Source of the DNA: Pseudomonadota bacterium
Lineage (GTDB): Bacteria > Pseudomonadota > Alphaproteobacteria > Rhizobiales > Kaistiaceae
NCBI GenBank assembly: GCA_048498575.1
Contig: JBEHXS010000001.1
Location: 1-59,259 of the forward strand
DNA length: 59,259 bases
Direction of reading: 5' to 3'
This document shows, piece by piece, positions 1 to 9,475 of the stretch (position 1 is the stretch's first letter; the number at the start of each line of letters is the position of its first letter). The notes below the pieces were generated by a model, which was not told the origin of the DNA, made no database searches, and saw only the letters and a list, made by a program, of their open reading frames with translations. The position numbers and the translations under genes were made by a program.

Positions 1-175
1 TGATGCGCGCACCGGGAAACCGTGCCGCTATCAGTTCGGTGGAGTTGCCCGGTCCACAACCGATATCGACGGCGGTGGCAACGTCGATGGGCGGGACATG
101 CGAAAGGAGGTCAAGCGCCGGGCGCGTCCGCTCGTCCTCGAACTTCAGGTACTGCGTCGCCGACCAGGTATCCAT
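1..175 (-). CDS. tam: trans-aconitate 2-methyltransferase, N-terminal ~58 codons only (gene runs off the left edge)
   Basis: The minus-strand ATG at 175-173 reads [58 protein letters not shown]. This resembles the Tam N-terminus and includes the SAM-binding DxGCGxG motif. The start overlaps the upstream stop (TGATG). Confidence 0.7.
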   Translation of the reverse strand, partial: MDTWSATQYLKFEDERTRPALDLLSHVPPIDVATAVDIGCGPGNSTELIAARFPGARI

Positions 176-801
176 CAAACGTAGAGCGTCTGTTCAGGGA
201 TGCGCACGTCCATCGCGCTTCCCGCGATTACGATGCCGGCGCGCTCGACGGATGCCACGATGCCACGGAGATTCACCGCGACCTTGGCGAACATCAGTTC
301 GTGCGCCGGATTGCCGGAGCGCCCGGCAATCGCACGGCCGGCGCTGCGGCATGGCGCGTTCCTGCCCTCCGCCACCAGCGCGGCCTTGCTCGGGAAAAAG
401 AGGCGCGTGCCCGGCGGCAGGAAGGAAAGATGCGGCAGACCGGCGACCAGCAGGTTGGCCCCAATCCATTCGGCCGGAAGCTCGGCCAGCCCCATGGCGG
501 CGGCAACCTCGACGAGTTCCTCGAGGGAAACGATCGTGACCTGCCGCCCGCTGCGGATCTCGGTGCCGCGCGGATACCACGGCTCGCGCGACCCGGCCTT
601 GCGGGTGAAGCCGAGGTGGCGATCGCCTTCGACACCGGCGAGTGTCAGCCGCAGCTCGGGCACCGCCACCGACTCGACGCCTTCGGGATCGCCTCCGGCG
701 TAAACGCCGACGACTTCCGCCTTGAGGGTGCGGCGCGGCACGGTCATGGGCGCGACCTGTTCCATGGCCGTCTTCCTAGGCGGCGCGAGAGCGTCCGGCA
801 A
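175..801 (-). CDS. MOSC domain-containing protein (YiiM-like)
   Basis: 208-aa ORF with normal composition. VEGDRHLGF and the conserved-cysteine context [11 protein letters not shown] are typical of MOSC proteins. The true start may be an internal Met (765 or 747). Confidence 0.7.
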   Translation of the reverse strand: MPDALAPPRKTAMEQVAPMTVPRRTLKAEVVGVYAGGDPEGVESVAVPELRLTLAGVEGDRHLGFTRKAGSREPWYPRGTEIRSGRQVTIVSLEELVEVAAAMGLAELPAEWIGANLLVAGLPHLSFLPPGTRLFFPSKAALVAEGRNAPCRSAGRAIAGRSGNPAHELMFAKVAVNLRGIVASVERAGIVIAGSAMDVRIPEQTLYV

Positions 802-836
802 CGGGGATAAGCGCCGGGATAATCCCCGCCGCGGAA

Positions 837-1451
837 ATGCCGCGCACTCTTCCCGGCATGATCGACCGACGCACCTTTTTCGACCGTATCCGCCACCCGC
901 TGTTCGACGGGGCCCTGAAACAAGGCCAGGTGGATGGGCTGAACGCCCTCCTCGACGGCTGGGAGCGCGACCACGCCGCCGCCGACCGCCGCTGGCTGGC
1001 CTATGCGCTGGGAACAGCCCATCACGAGACCGGCCGCGCGCTGCAGCCGATTCGCGAGGCAGGCGGCGAGGCCTACCTCACCCGCATGTACGACATCGCG
1101 GGCGAGCGCCCGGCGCTGGCGCGGCGCATGGGCAACACCGAGCCCGGCGACGGCGTGCGGTATTCAGGTCGCGGCTTCGTGCAACTGACGTGGAAGAACA
1201 ACTACGCCGCGATGGAGCCGATCGTCTGCGTCGATCTCGTACGCTTTCCGGATCGGGCACTGGAGATCGGCCCGGCAACGGAGATCCTGTTTCACGGGAT
1301 GATCGCCGGCAGCTTCACGGGCGCCGGGCTCGCGGATTACTTCCACGACGGGAAGGCCGACTGGCGCGGCGCGCGGCGGATCGTGAACGGCACCGACCGG
1401 GCCGCCCTCGTCGCCGGCTACGCCAGGGCTTACGACGCGGCGCTCGCTTGA
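837..1451 (+). CDS. glycoside hydrolase family 19-like (chitinase/lysozyme-like) protein
   Basis: 204-aa ORF. YSGRGFVQLTWKNNY fits the GH19 G-R-G-x-x-Q-L-T-x-x-x-N-Y region. No obvious signal peptide. Alternative start at 858. Confidence 0.6.
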   Translation: MPRTLPGMIDRRTFFDRIRHPLFDGALKQGQVDGLNALLDGWERDHAAADRRWLAYALGTAHHETGRALQPIREAGGEAYLTRMYDIAGERPALARRMGNTEPGDGVRYSGRGFVQLTWKNNYAAMEPIVCVDLVRFPDRALEIGPATEILFHGMIAGSFTGAGLADYFHDGKADWRGARRIVNGTDRAALVAGYARAYDAALA

Positions 1452-1512
1452 ACTGTGGGCGGGCTGAGCGTCCGCCATCAGACTGTCGTCTGCGTGTCAT
1501 ACTGCGCGGGAG

Positions 1513-3741
1513 TTGATGCTTCCCCGCCTCGCCGTCCTGATGACCCAGACCGCTCAGCCGTCCGCCCAAGGCAGTCCCTGGCACACGCTCGCCGCGGGCC
1601 TGACGGCCGGGCTCGTTGCCATCGTCCAGTCGGTCGGCATGGGGAGCCTGCTTGCCGCCTCCGCCCCGGCGTTCGCCTCGGTCTTCATCGGCATGGCGCT
1701 GTTTTCCAGCGCGGTGGTCGGCGCGATCACGCCGCTGTTCAGCGCGAGCCCGCTGGTGGTGGCGACGACGCAGGGCGTCTCGACCGTGGCGCTCGCCGCG
1801 GTCGTCGGCGCCGTCGCTGCCGCCACCGCCGGCCTGCCGGGCGCGTCGGCGCTGGCGACGGTCACGGTCGCCGTGGCGCTGTCCACGATCATCACCGCCG
1901 GCGCGGCGCTCCTCCTCGGCGCGTTCCATCTTGGACGCTTCATCCGCTTTGCGCCGTTTCCGGTGATCGCGGGCTTCCTCGCCGGTTCGGGCTGGCTGGT
2001 GCTGCGCGGCGGACTCGACGTGATCGCAGGCCAGCCGATCGCGGGAGCGTTGCTGAAGCCGGACGGCGCGCTCATCGCCAAGCTGGTGGCTGCAGCGGCG
2101 TTCATGGCCCTGATGCTCGCCCTCGGGCAGCTCACGAAGGCGCGTGCGGTATTCCCGGCGACCGTCGCCGCGGCGCTGGTGCTGTTCAACGCCGTCGCCG
2201 CGTTCAACCACCTGACGCCGGATTGGCTGCGCGCCGCCGGCTGGCTGATCGCCCTCCCCGGCGCCACGCATCTCTGGCCGCCGATCATGCCCGGCGACCT
2301 GGCGCACGCCGACTGGCCGGCGGTCCTTCCCGCACTCGAATACCTGCCGTCGGCGATCGTGCTCACGATCGTCGCGCTGCTGATGAACGCGACCAGCATC
2401 GAACTCGCCGAGAAGCGCGACCTCGACCTCGACAACGAGCTGCGCACCATCGGCGCGGCCAACATTCTTGCCGGACTGGGCGGCGGCCTGCCCGGCTTCC
2501 ATTCGCTGTCGCTGACATTTCTCGCCGGGCGCCTCGGCGGGCGCGGGCGGCTGGTCGGCCTGATCGTGGCGCTGACCTGCCTCGTCGCGCTTGTGTTCGG
2601 CAGCGCCGTGCTCAGCCTTGTGCCGACGCCGCTGCTCGGCGCCATGCTGGTGTGGACCGGCGCCTCGCTGCTGATCGAGTGGGGCTACCGCTCCTACGCG
2701 CGCCTCTCGCGCTGGGAGTACGCCATCGTCGTTTTCATCTTCCTTGCCATCGCCATCGCGGGGTTCGCCTGGGGCCTGTTCGTCGGCGTGGTGGCAGCGC
2801 TGGCGCTTTTCGTCGTCGAGTACGGCCGCGTCGACATCGTGCGCATGCTGGTCACCGGGCGCGACTACCAGAGCAGTGTCGACGTCTCCGAAGAACGCGA
2901 GCAGACGCTGCAGCGCCACGGCGACGCCATCCTGATCATGCGGCTGCAGGGATTTCTCTTCTTCGGCACGGCGGAGCGGCTGCGCCAGCGCGTCGAGAGC
3001 AAGGCGGCCGCCGCAAGCGAAGGCCGCACGGATTTCGTCGTCATCGACTTTCGCCGCGTAACCGGCGTCGATTCCTCGACGGTGCTGAGCTTCATACGGC
3101 TGAGCCAGACCGCCGTCCGCGAGGACTTCGCCATCGTCTTCACCGGCGTCTCGGAAACGACGCGGGCGAGCATGCTGCGCGGCGGATTGGAGATCGGCGA
3201 AGGCTCGCCGATCCGCTTCTTCGCCGACTTCGACGGCGGGCTGAAATGGTGCGAGGACGAACTATTGGCGCGGACCGCCCCCGCCTACGTCGCCAATGCA
3301 CCCCGCCCGCTGGGCGAGCGGCTGGCCGGCATTCTGGGCGACGAGCGTCTTGCAGCGACCGTCGCCGCTTACTGCGAACGCATGGAGGTTCCCGCCGGAA
3401 CGCGGCTGATCGAACAGGGAACGCCCTCGGCCGACATCTTCTTTGTCGAGACCGGCCACGCGGCGGTGGCGATCGTCTCGCCCAACCACGCGCCCATACG
3501 GCTGGCGACGATCGGACCCGGCGCCATCGTCGGCGAAGTCGCGTTCTACCTCGGCGAGGAGCGCTCGGCCTCGGTCATCGCCGAGCAGGACCTCGTCGTC
3601 TGGCGCTTTTCGCGCGCCAGCATGGACCGGCTGCAGGCGGAGATGCCGGAGACGGGGCTGCGCTTCCACCAGGGCATCGCCGCCATGCTGGCGCGGCGGC
3701 TGACGCGCACCAACCGGCTGGTGCGGCTGCTCGCGGATTAG
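1513..3741 (+). CDS. SulP/SLC26-family anion transporter fused to STAS and cyclic-nucleotide-binding domains
   Basis: 742 aa. A long polytopic hydrophobic N-terminal half is followed by a STAS-like segment (ILIMRLQGFLFFGTAERL...FVVIDFRRVTGVDSS). The C-terminus has a cNMP-binding-like fold (FFVETGHAAV...GPGAIVGEVAFYLGEERSASVIA). Confidence 0.85.
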   Translation: MMLPRLAVLMTQTAQPSAQGSPWHTLAAGLTAGLVAIVQSVGMGSLLAASAPAFASVFIGMALFSSAVVGAITPLFSASPLVVATTQGVSTVALAAVVGAVAAATAGLPGASALATVTVAVALSTIITAGAALLLGAFHLGRFIRFAPFPVIAGFLAGSGWLVLRGGLDVIAGQPIAGALLKPDGALIAKLVAAAAFMALMLALGQLTKARAVFPATVAAALVLFNAVAAFNHLTPDWLRAAGWLIALPGATHLWPPIMPGDLAHADWPAVLPALEYLPSAIVLTIVALLMNATSIELAEKRDLDLDNELRTIGAANILAGLGGGLPGFHSLSLTFLAGRLGGRGRLVGLIVALTCLVALVFGSAVLSLVPTPLLGAMLVWTGASLLIEWGYRSYARLSRWEYAIVVFIFLAIAIAGFAWGLFVGVVAALALFVVEYGRVDIVRMLVTGRDYQSSVDVSEEREQTLQRHGDAILIMRLQGFLFFGTAERLRQRVESKAAAASEGRTDFVVIDFRRVTGVDSSTVLSFIRLSQTAVREDFAIVFTGVSETTRASMLRGGLEIGEGSPIRFFADFDGGLKWCEDELLARTAPAYVANAPRPLGERLAGILGDERLAATVAAYCERMEVPAGTRLIEQGTPSADIFFVETGHAAVAIVSPNHAPIRLATIGPGAIVGEVAFYLGEERSASVIAEQDLVVWRFSRASMDRLQAEMPETGLRFHQGIAAMLARRLTRTNRLVRLLAD

Positions 3742-4172
3742 ACCTTCTCGCCAACCCCCATGGCGGCTGCGATGAGGCGAAAATCGGCCCCGTCGATGGC
3801 GAAGCTGCCGCGACGGAACGCATAGCCCCACGAAGCGCGGCCGCGCGTGAATGAGAGGGTATCGAGTAATGGCCTGATGGGAGCGTCCCTGGCTTTGAGG
3901 AAGTCGACGTTCCGGCGCGTCGCCTCCATGCCACCGCCCATCTCGCCAACGTATGGCTCGCCGTCGGCGATCTTGCCGATCGCGGTGAACGCCTGCACGG
4001 GCTCGCCCTCGCTCATAAATTCGCGGGGCGAGTAGTAGGCGATCCAATCACCGGGCGAGAGCCGGCGTATGGGACCGGCCTTGCCATGATTGAGCTGGCA
4101 GAAGCCACCCGCTACCCCGCGCAGCACATGCTCGCGCGAGGCGACACCGATCCAGTAGCGCGTTTCACTCAT
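3738..4172 (-). CDS. EVE (PUA-like) domain protein
   Basis: 144 aa. The N-terminus RYWIGVASREHV and the overall size and pattern match EVE/DUF55 proteins. The 3' end overlaps the convergent transporter stop by 4 nt. Confidence 0.7.
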   Translation of the reverse strand: MSETRYWIGVASREHVLRGVAGGFCQLNHGKAGPIRRLSPGDWIAYYSPREFMSEGEPVQAFTAIGKIADGEPYVGEMGGGMEATRRNVDFLKARDAPIRPLLDTLSFTRGRASWGYAFRRGSFAIDGADFRLIAAAMGVGEKV

Positions 4173-4242
4173 TGGGGGCGGACCATACAGTGCCGCCCAT
4201 CCGAAATGTGTCAGTAGACGTTACCGCGTGAGCCCGACCGGT

Positions 4243-4914
4243 TCAGGGGCCCTTCTCCCATGCCACGTCTACGATGACCGACCGTGCGGTTCGCCGCTCC
4301 GACCACAGCGCCCAGCCCAGCCAGACCAGCGCCAACCCCACCGGCACCGCCACCTTGGGCTGGTACTCGGCCGGAAACAGGATCGCGACGGGGCCGATCA
4401 CCGTGCCGACGGCGAGGAGGATGCCCGCCCCGCGGGGCAGGATGGCGGCACGAAACGTCGCGACGCCGAACAGCAGCCCGCCGAGGATGTAGATCGGTCC
4501 GGTCAACGTCCATACGAAGGGGAGAGCGCCGAGGTCGACCGTGCTGGCCGTGCCGGTGAACATGCCGAGCCAGCCCGCCACGAACGCCGGCGCCGTCGCC
4601 GCGATGACCGGCAGGATGAAGACCTCGACGAAGGTGAAGCCCAGGATCAGGGCGAGCCAGAGGCTGAGCAGGAGATAGCCGGCGAGACCGAGCCACCCGG
4701 TCTTTTCCGCTTGCCTGGCATAGAGGCCGGCCATCCCGAGCAACCCGAAGAAGGACATGGCGATGGCAAAGACGTGGACGATTATCCAGCGCGACGTGGT
4801 GACGGACTGCGGAATGTTGAGCGGATGAAAGACGCCGACGATCACGTAGCAGATGCCGGCCAGCATGGCGGACACGCCCGCCCAGCGGATGAGAGTTGCG
4901 GCTGTTATCGGCAT
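4243..4914 (-). CDS. integral membrane protein, unknown function
   Basis: I trimmed the 304-aa track ORF to the Met at 4914 (MPITAATLIRWAGVSAMLAG...). Downstream of that Met there are about 6-7 hydrophobic helices. Upstream of it the sequence is Arg/Pro-rich junk. Confidence 0.55.
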   Translation of the reverse strand: MPITAATLIRWAGVSAMLAGICYVIVGVFHPLNIPQSVTTSRWIIVHVFAIAMSFFGLLGMAGLYARQAEKTGWLGLAGYLLLSLWLALILGFTFVEVFILPVIAATAPAFVAGWLGMFTGTASTVDLGALPFVWTLTGPIYILGGLLFGVATFRAAILPRGAGILLAVGTVIGPVAILFPAEYQPKVAVPVGLALVWLGWALWSERRTARSVIVDVAWEKGP

Positions 4915-4955
4915 GTTCGCTCTTCTTGTGTTTGAGGATCGCCCGACCACCCGAT

Positions 4956-5606
4956 TCAGGCCACGGCCGCTGCCAACCGCCGGCTCTGACGCCGCCGGCG
5001 GATCAGCCACTCGGCGACACCGAGGTTGATAAGCCAGGCGGCGCCCATGAGGAGCGCCCTGGTCATGTCGTCGAGGACGCCCAATGTGCTTGGCAGGATG
5101 AGGAGGAACGCCTGCGTGCCCGCGCCCTGCCCGATGGCGTAGCCGCGCCGCATCCACGCCTGATGCCCCTCGATCTTCCCTTGGCGGACTGCGGCGTAGC
5201 CGAGCACCAGCGCCACCGCCATGCCCGAGCCGGCAAGCAGACGGAAGACGTGGAGAAGCAAATTATCCGCGGGCACGATGGCGTAGGTCGACGCCATCCA
5301 GATGCCCGACAGGGCCGCCACCAGCCCGAACGGCACGAGCACCCTGCCCGCGATGCGATGCCACTGCGGATGCTTGCGGCGGAGCCCGGGCGAAAACTGA
5401 AAGGCGCCGACCACGCAGAAGATGGACACGGAGACGATGTGCAGCACGACCGGGATCGGCGCGGCGAAGAAGCGGGCGTTTTCGGGCGTGACCGGGGCGC
5501 CGTCGGCGAGCATGACCAGGCGTGCCGTTCCGGCCGCCACGGGAATGAACGCGAGCGCGATCAGCCCGGCTGGAATCAGCCAATCGGCTTTCGTGTAGCC
5601 GGCCAT
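4956..5606 (-). CDS. DUF2306-like membrane protein
   Basis: 216 aa and polytopic. The pattern ADWLIPAGLIALAFIPVAAG...HIVSVSIFCVVGAFQF...HRIAGRV resembles DUF2306 family members. Confidence 0.6.
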   Translation of the reverse strand: MAGYTKADWLIPAGLIALAFIPVAAGTARLVMLADGAPVTPENARFFAAPIPVVLHIVSVSIFCVVGAFQFSPGLRRKHPQWHRIAGRVLVPFGLVAALSGIWMASTYAIVPADNLLLHVFRLLAGSGMAVALVLGYAAVRQGKIEGHQAWMRRGYAIGQGAGTQAFLLILPSTLGVLDDMTRALLMGAAWLINLGVAEWLIRRRRQSRRLAAAVA

Positions 5607-5751
5607 GCGAGGGGACTCCGGTTGCCGCGAGAATTCGTCTGCTCAATGCAGCGGGTCTCGCGGGCCGGGAGCCCGCGCCAATCGCCGGTCAGGAGGAACC
5701 TAGCATGGCGCCGAGCGCAGTGCCGGAATAAGGGCGAAGGCGAAGACGCGA

Positions 5752-6339
5752 TCAGGCCGCGCGCCTGCCGCGCCGCACGCGCTTGCGCACTACCCATTTG
5801 TTCTTGCCGATCTTGCGTTCGCGCTCGAACCCGGCGCGCTCGAACATCTCCAGCGTGCCGGCATGCAGGAAGGTCGGCGAAGTCGAGCGCCCTTCCAGAT
5901 CCTCAGGGTACGCCTCGACGGTGCCGCCGCCGAGCCCCGCGATCTGCTCCAGTGCGCCGCCGAGGGCGGCCGCAGCGACACCCCGGCGGCGGTGCGTCTT
6001 GTCGACGAAGAAGCAGGTGATGCGCCAGGTGGGGAGCGCGGTGAGGCCCTCTTCGTAGGGCTTCCGGTTCTTGATGCGCGGGAGCTCGTCGGGAGAGCCG
6101 AACTGGCACCATCCGACGCAGGTATCGCCGTCGTAGATCAGCGCCGCATGGGCGCTGCCCTCACGCACCCGTTTTTGCTTGGCGGCCGAGCGATCGGCCA
6201 CACTCAGGGTGCCGGGCTTGCCCTCGCCGTGGAACGACAGGCACCAGCAGCCGCCGAAGATTCCGTTGTGACGCTCCACCAGGGCAGCGAAGCCGGGCCA
6301 TGTCGCCTCGTCGAGACGCCTGACGGTGAACCCCGGCAT
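5752..6339 (-). CDS. GNAT-family N-acetyltransferase
   Basis: Trimmed to the Met at 6339 (MPGFTVRRLDEATWPGF...). The acetyl-CoA-binding-like segment is FFVDKTHRRRGVAAAALGGALEQIAGLGG. The upstream part of the 272-aa ORF overlaps ettA and has junk composition. Confidence 0.7.
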   Translation of the reverse strand: MPGFTVRRLDEATWPGFAALVERHNGIFGGCWCLSFHGEGKPGTLSVADRSAAKQKRVREGSAHAALIYDGDTCVGWCQFGSPDELPRIKNRKPYEEGLTALPTWRITCFFVDKTHRRRGVAAAALGGALEQIAGLGGGTVEAYPEDLEGRSTSPTFLHAGTLEMFERAGFERERKIGKNKWVVRKRVRRGRRAA

Positions 6340-6355
6340 GGCAAACGGGACTCCT

Positions 6356-8008
6356 CTACCGCGTGAGCCGCTTGTACTTGACCCGATGGTGGTTGGCCGA
6401 CTCTGCGCCGAAGCGACGGAGCTTGTCGACTTCGTAATCGGCGAAGTTGCCCTCGAACCACTCGACGTGGCTGTCGCCCTCGAAGGCGAGGATGTGGGTC
6501 GCCAGCCGGTCGAGGAACATGCGGTCGTGGCTGATGACCACGGCGCAGCCGGCGAAATCCTCGAGCGCATCTTCGAGCGCCGCCAGCGTCTCGGTGTCGA
6601 GGTCGTTCGTCGGCTCGTCGAGGAGCAGCACGTTGGCGCCGGCCTTGAGCAGCTTGGCGAGGTGGACGCGGTTGCGCTGGCCGCCGGAGAGTGAGCCGAC
6701 CTTCTGCTGCTGGTCGCCGCCCTTGAAGTTGAACGCGCCGACGTAGGCGCGCGAGTTCATCTCGCGCTTGCCGAGCTTGATGATGTCGGCGCCCTCGGAG
6801 ATTTCCTCCCACACCGTCTTGTTGGGCGAAAGATCGTCGCGGCTCTGGTCGACGTAGCCGAGGTGGACCGTCTCCCCGAGCGTGATCGTGCCGGCGTCGG
6901 GCTTCTCCTGCCCGGTGATCATGCGGAACAGCGTCGTCTTGCCGGCGCCGTTCGGGCCGATGACGCCGACGATGCCGCCCGGCGGCAGCTTGAAGGTGAG
7001 GTTGTCGATGAGCAGCGTGTCGCCGTAGCCCTTCGACAGGCCCTCGACGTCGATGACGTTGTCGCCAAGCCGCTCGCCCGGCGGGATGATGATCTGGGCG
7101 GTGGCCGGCGCGCGCTCCTCGTTGCGCTTGAGCAGCTCGTCGTAGGCGCGGATACGGGCCTTGGACTTCGCCTGGCGGGCGCGCGGGCTCGCCGCGATCC
7201 ATTCGCGCTCGGCGTCGAGGGCGCGCTGGCGGGCGGCCTCCTCCCGGCTCTCCTGCGCCATGCGCTTCGCCTTGGCCGACAGGTAGGCGGAGTAGTTGCC
7301 CTCGTACGGGATGCCGCGGCCGCGATCGAGCTCGAGAATCCAGCCGGTGACGTTGTCGAGGAAGTAGCGGTCGTGGGTGACGATCAGGATCGCGCCGGGA
7401 TATTCGCGAAGGTGCTTTTCCAGCCACTGCACGGTCTCGGCGTCGAGATGGTTGGTGGGCTCGTCGAGGAGCAGCAGGTCGGGCTGGCGGAGCAGCAACT
7501 GGCAGAGCGCGACACGGCGCTTCTCGCCGCCGGAGAGATTGGCGATCGGCGAATCGTTGGGCGGGCAGCCGAGCGCATCCATCGCCTGCTCGACCTGGCT
7601 GTCGAGGTCCCAGAGATTCTGCGCGTCGATCTGTTCCTGGAGCTTCGTCGCCTCGTCCGCCGTTTCGTCCGAGTAGTTCATCATCAGTTCGTTGTAGCGG
7701 TCGAGGATCGCCTTCTTGGCGGCGACGCCTTCCATCACGTTGCCGACGACGTCCTTCTCGGGATCGAGCTGCGGCTCCTGCGGCAGGTAGCCGACGGTGG
7801 CACCCTTCGCCAACCAGGCCTCGCCGATGAATTCCTTGTCGATGCCGGCCATGATCCGGAGCAACGTCGACTTGCCGGAGCCGTTCGGACCGAGCACGCC
7901 GATCTTGGCGTCGGGATAGAACTGGAGATGGATGTTCTCCAGCACCTTCTTGCCGCCCGAGTAGGCCTTGGTGAGGCCCTGCATGTGATAGATGAACTCG
8001 CGCGCCAC
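6356..8008 (-). CDS. ettA: energy-dependent translational throttle protein EttA (ABC-F ATPase)
   Basis: 550 aa with two ABC cassettes (GPNGSGKST / GPNGAGKTT, two LSGGE/LSGGQ signatures). The characteristic EttA N-terminus is MAREFIYHMQGLTKAY. Confidence 0.95.
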   Translation of the reverse strand: MAREFIYHMQGLTKAYSGGKKVLENIHLQFYPDAKIGVLGPNGSGKSTLLRIMAGIDKEFIGEAWLAKGATVGYLPQEPQLDPEKDVVGNVMEGVAAKKAILDRYNELMMNYSDETADEATKLQEQIDAQNLWDLDSQVEQAMDALGCPPNDSPIANLSGGEKRRVALCQLLLRQPDLLLLDEPTNHLDAETVQWLEKHLREYPGAILIVTHDRYFLDNVTGWILELDRGRGIPYEGNYSAYLSAKAKRMAQESREEAARQRALDAEREWIAASPRARQAKSKARIRAYDELLKRNEERAPATAQIIIPPGERLGDNVIDVEGLSKGYGDTLLIDNLTFKLPPGGIVGVIGPNGAGKTTLFRMITGQEKPDAGTITLGETVHLGYVDQSRDDLSPNKTVWEEISEGADIIKLGKREMNSRAYVGAFNFKGGDQQQKVGSLSGGQRNRVHLAKLLKAGANVLLLDEPTNDLDTETLAALEDALEDFAGCAVVISHDRMFLDRLATHILAFEGDSHVEWFEGNFADYEVDKLRRFGAESANHHRVKYKRLTR

Positions 8009-8156
8009 TTCGGACTCCGGTGCCCCGCCGCGCCTCAGCGCCGCGGACGATCAAGGTTGGGGAAAGCCGGGCGCCGTTCTAGTGGAAGGCTCCGGCTGCC
8101 GCAATCGGCCTCGCCCTATGTGGTGGACGGGGCGTTCGCCGGCAACCACCGGGCAC

Positions 8157-9395
8157 CTAGCCGGCCGGGGCACCCGCGGTCAGCAGCGCCTTGAGATCGA
8201 CGCCCTGGTCGGCGACCAGTTCCGGCGACGGCGAGATGCCCGCGCCGATCATGCGCCGCGCGACGACGTGATCGGAGGCCCGATTGACGGAATCGACCGC
8301 GATCAGGCGGTTGCCGGCGTAGTGGAAGACGGAGAACGTGCCGCTCTCGGGATCGCCGCGCACGGCATTGCTGTCGGCGCTGCCGGATAGCCCGACCATC
8401 TGCAGCTTGACGTCGCCCTGATCCGACCAGAACCACGGCACGTCGCGATAGGCCTTGCGCTTGCCGGTCAGCGTCGCGGCGACGACCTTGCCCTGATCGA
8501 CGGCGTTCTGCACCGATTCAAGCCGCACGCGCCGGTTCAGCTCCCAGTGGTCGAAGCAGACGGTATCGCCGATGGCGAGCACCTCCGGCACGCTGGTCTC
8601 CATGAAATCGTTGACGACCATGCCGTTCTCGATCGCAACACCGGCGGCGGCGCCGAGCTCGACATTAGGGACCACCCCGATGCCGATGACGACGAGATCG
8701 GCCGGGATGCGGGCGCCATTGGCGGTCGTTACCGCAACGACCCGGCCGCCCTCGCCGACGATCGTGCCGATTGGCGTGTTGAGGCGGATGTCGCTGCCCC
8801 AGCCGCGATGGAGCGCAAGGAAGTGGCGCGAGATGGCAGGGGCAACGACGCGGCCCATGAGACGGTCGGCAGCTTCAAGCACTGTCACCGTGCGGCCGAG
8901 GAGCCGCGCCGTCGCGGCAATCTCGAGGCCGATGAAACCGCCGCCGACGACCACGACATCGTTTGCCGCGCCGATGCGGTCGCGGAGCCGGCGCGCGTCG
9001 GCAGCGTTGCGCAGCGTCATGACGCCGTCGAGATCGGCCCCGGCGATCGGCGGCACGCGCGGGCGCGAGCCGGTCGCCAGCACCACGCGATCGAAGGGAA
9101 CGGCGGCGCCATCGGCGAGACGCACGGCGCCGTGACGGATATCGATGGCGGCGACCTCAGCGCCGAGGCGCAGGTCGATGTTCTGCTTGACGTAGAAGGA
9201 TTCGGGCCGGAGCGGCAGCAACTCGTGCTTCGGGTCCTTGAGGAACGCTTTCGACAGCGGCGGCCGCTGGTAGGGAACGTCGCGCTCCTGCGTCAGCAGG
9301 ACGAGCAGCCCGTCATAGCCCTCGCTGCGCAAGCTGGCGGCGGCCTGCGAGCCGCCGTGCCCGCCGCCGACGATGACGATGCCGTTTTCGTACAT
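8157..9395 (-). CDS. FAD/NAD(P)-dependent ferredoxin (rubredoxin/putidaredoxin-type) reductase
   Basis: 412 aa. It has an N-terminal GGGHGG FAD dinucleotide fold, a second VVVVGGGFIGLE NAD fold and the GD motif AIGD. Confidence 0.85.
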   Translation of the reverse strand: MYENGIVIVGGGHGGSQAAASLRSEGYDGLLVLLTQERDVPYQRPPLSKAFLKDPKHELLPLRPESFYVKQNIDLRLGAEVAAIDIRHGAVRLADGAAVPFDRVVLATGSRPRVPPIAGADLDGVMTLRNAADARRLRDRIGAANDVVVVGGGFIGLEIAATARLLGRTVTVLEAADRLMGRVVAPAISRHFLALHRGWGSDIRLNTPIGTIVGEGGRVVAVTTANGARIPADLVVIGIGVVPNVELGAAAGVAIENGMVVNDFMETSVPEVLAIGDTVCFDHWELNRRVRLESVQNAVDQGKVVAATLTGKRKAYRDVPWFWSDQGDVKLQMVGLSGSADSNAVRGDPESGTFSVFHYAGNRLIAVDSVNRASDHVVARRMIGAGISPSPELVADQGVDLKALLTAGAPAG

Positions 9396-9475
9396 GGAGG
9401 TTGTCGCCCCGACGCTGCTGCGCCGGTTCTTTCAGCATGACCGCGCCGGAAAGGCCAGCCGTGACGGCGGCCCCG

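Noticed and set aside
1455-3854. A 799-aa plus-strand ORF and a 534-aa minus-strand ORF (1315-2919) overlap the SulP transporter gene.
   Set aside because: Their composition is extremely rich in Arg, Pro, Gly and Ala, with no recognisable motifs. They are off-frame or antisense shadows of the real 1513-3741 gene, which is typical of high-GC DNA.
6204-8054. A 616-aa minus-strand ORF and a 443-aa plus-strand ORF (6863-8194) overlap ettA.
   Set aside because: They are Arg/Pro/Gly-rich shadow frames. The ettA frame (6356-8008) carries all the ABC-F motifs.
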